Of a stretch of 64,000 bases of DNA, positions 62,861 to 64,000 are shown one piece after another; positions within the stretch are counted from its first letter, which is position 1, and every line of letters starts with the position of its first letter. The notes beneath the pieces are model-generated. The model saw nothing but the letters and a program-made list of their open reading frames with translations, was not told where the DNA came from and did not search any database. This DNA comes from Poseidonia sp. (GTDB lineage: Archaea; Thermoplasmatota; Poseidoniia; Poseidoniales; Poseidoniaceae), in assembly GCA_965661285.1 (NCBI GenBank), contig CBFIDD010000003.1:224001-288000 (forward strand), read 5' to 3'. The translations under genes and the position numbers were made by a program.

Positions 62861-63448
62861 GTGGCCCCCAGTCCTACCCTTGATGCCGAAGTCGAAAAGT
62901 TGGTCCGGCTTGGCTACGACCGCGACAAGGCTGTCGTCATGGCGGCCGCCGTTGTTGAGAAAGAAGAGACGGCCCAAACCATCGCCGTCGCTCCATCACA
63001 ACGGGTAGGGGGCGTGCTTATGGGCATCTTCCTGATGACATTCGGTCTCCCTTTCATCCTTCTCCCAGCCACGATTTGGACAGAAATTGGCAGCAGCGGC
63101 GGATTTGATTTGTTGTTGATTTGCTTCCCGATTCCGTTCATCATGGCGGGAGCATTTGTCATGTTCATGGGAGGCAACCTGCTCATCATGGCTCTCAAAG
63201 GCGAAACCCCAACAGGTCCGAGTTGGAGTGGTGATGACGGCTCGAGCTTCTCACCTACCTCGGGACAACGTCCCATTGCGAACATCGGTGCGTACGATTC
63301 CTCAGCCTTCCCTTCAATGGAGGACATCGCGGGTCAGCAACAGGAAGACCTGCTTCCTGATTTCCCTGATGGTGCCTCCGCCCCGGAAGCCGTGGCCAAA
63401 GATGCAGGCTCGTTTTGGGGCGACATCAACAAAAAGAACGGTTCTTAG
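62861..63448 (+). CDS. Hypothetical 2-TM membrane protein
   Basis: GTG start; GIFLMTFGLPF and CFPIPFIMAG TM hairpin; acidic tail ending SFWGD. Confidence 0.65.
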   Translation: MAPSPTLDAEVEKLVRLGYDRDKAVVMAAAVVEKEETAQTIAVAPSQRVGGVLMGIFLMTFGLPFILLPATIWTEIGSSGGFDLLLICFPIPFIMAGAFVMFMGGNLLIMALKGETPTGPSWSGDDGSSFSPTSGQRPIANIGAYDSSAFPSMEDIAGQQQEDLLPDFPDGASAPEAVAKDAGSFWGDINKKNGS

Positions 63449-63525
63449 GCCCTTTTTGCAAGTCCCCAATAGAAAATTTTTGATATTTCTGCAGAAATTG
63501 CCCGTCCGTGGAACGACAATAAAGC

Positions 63526-63831
63526 ATGTGGCAATTGATTCCATCCCTCGGCTTAACCTTCGCTACCTTGGGTATAGCGATTCGTTCGGTGTTGGGATTG
63601 GTGAATTCGCTGAACGAAAAGAATCTCGCTTCTCAAATCACGGATATCGCAGAATATGCTGTGTCAACGTTTGTTGCCGTGTTCGTGGTGCTGTATGGGC
63701 TGCGGTGGACTGGAAAGGTCATCAAAGGAGAGTACACGGGGTTTGATTGGAACATCACGTTTGAGGCTACTCCGACACCGGGTTCTGACGAAGACGATCC
63801 GTTCCATTACCTTCCGGATGATGATGTTTAG
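63526..63831 (+). CDS. Small 2-TM membrane protein
   Basis: 101-aa ORF with two hydrophobic segments and an acidic tail. Confidence 0.5.
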   Translation: MWQLIPSLGLTFATLGIAIRSVLGLVNSLNEKNLASQITDIAEYAVSTFVAVFVVLYGLRWTGKVIKGEYTGFDWNITFEATPTPGSDEDDPFHYLPDDDV

Positions 63832-63833
63832 AT

Positions 63834-64000
63834 TCAAGCCTGGACCGGTTCAGCCACGAGACCCGCAGCTTTGGCTTGCCGCTGCAACATGTGGCCAAAC
63901 ACGGGCGGGACATGAGCCAGCCAGAACATGACATAGTAGCCGTAGGGCAACTGCGGAGATCCGTCGTGAACGTCCAGTCGCTCGTAGCGGGTGCTCGACT
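63834..64000 (-). CDS. alkB: Alkane 1-monooxygenase (AlkB-like), 3' end only
   Basis: Own translation ...STRYERLDVHDGSPQLPYGYYVMFWLAHVPPVF... matches the AlkB C-terminal Y..L....PQLP.GY..M..LA..PP motif. Confidence 0.72.
   Translation of the reverse strand, partial: SSTRYERLDVHDGSPQLPYGYYVMFWLAHVPPVFGHMLQRQAKAAGLVAEPVQA

Overview
The window looks like a Marine Group II euryarchaeon (Ca. Poseidoniales). This is inferred from TrmB/Lrp/JAMM/Taw2 genes, TATA-type promoters about 25 bp before start codons, and giant acidic secreted proteins. It is gene-dense and mostly GC-rich, and I found no tRNA, rRNA or CRISPR array. Main blocks: (1) 1.2-11.2 kb, a divergent light/oxidative-stress cluster (TIGR01777-SRPBCC, class II photolyase, Nudix | ribA, peroxiredoxin, extended TrmB regulator, ABC1 kinase, crtI, crtB). 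(2) 11-39 kb, housekeeping and surface genes (glycosyltransferases, TPMT, a ~1590-aa beta-helix protein, two Lrp ligand-domain proteins, a STAND ATPase, uvrC, TYW2-like, cyclophilin, CocE hydrolase, orphan REC, JAMM, AOR, gpmA). (3) 39.4-41.5 kb, a wHTH gene, a perfect palindrome and three tiny proteins (two missed by the ORF track), bracketed by a full and a truncated homolog of one membrane-protein gene. (4) 41.6-52.6 kb, a compositionally mosaic defence island with a serine recombinase and a Type I R-M system (two HsdS, an unknown gene between hsdS and hsdR, a GIY-YIG protein, and an HsdR fused to a C-terminal Schlafen/AlbA_2 domain that keeps the acidic motif). (5) 52.6-64 kb, small accessory genes, three tandem paralogous membrane proteins, an FtsX/MacB-type ABC exporter with pentapeptide repeats, and the 3' end of alkB. 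All family calls come from motif recognition by eye; no searches were run.
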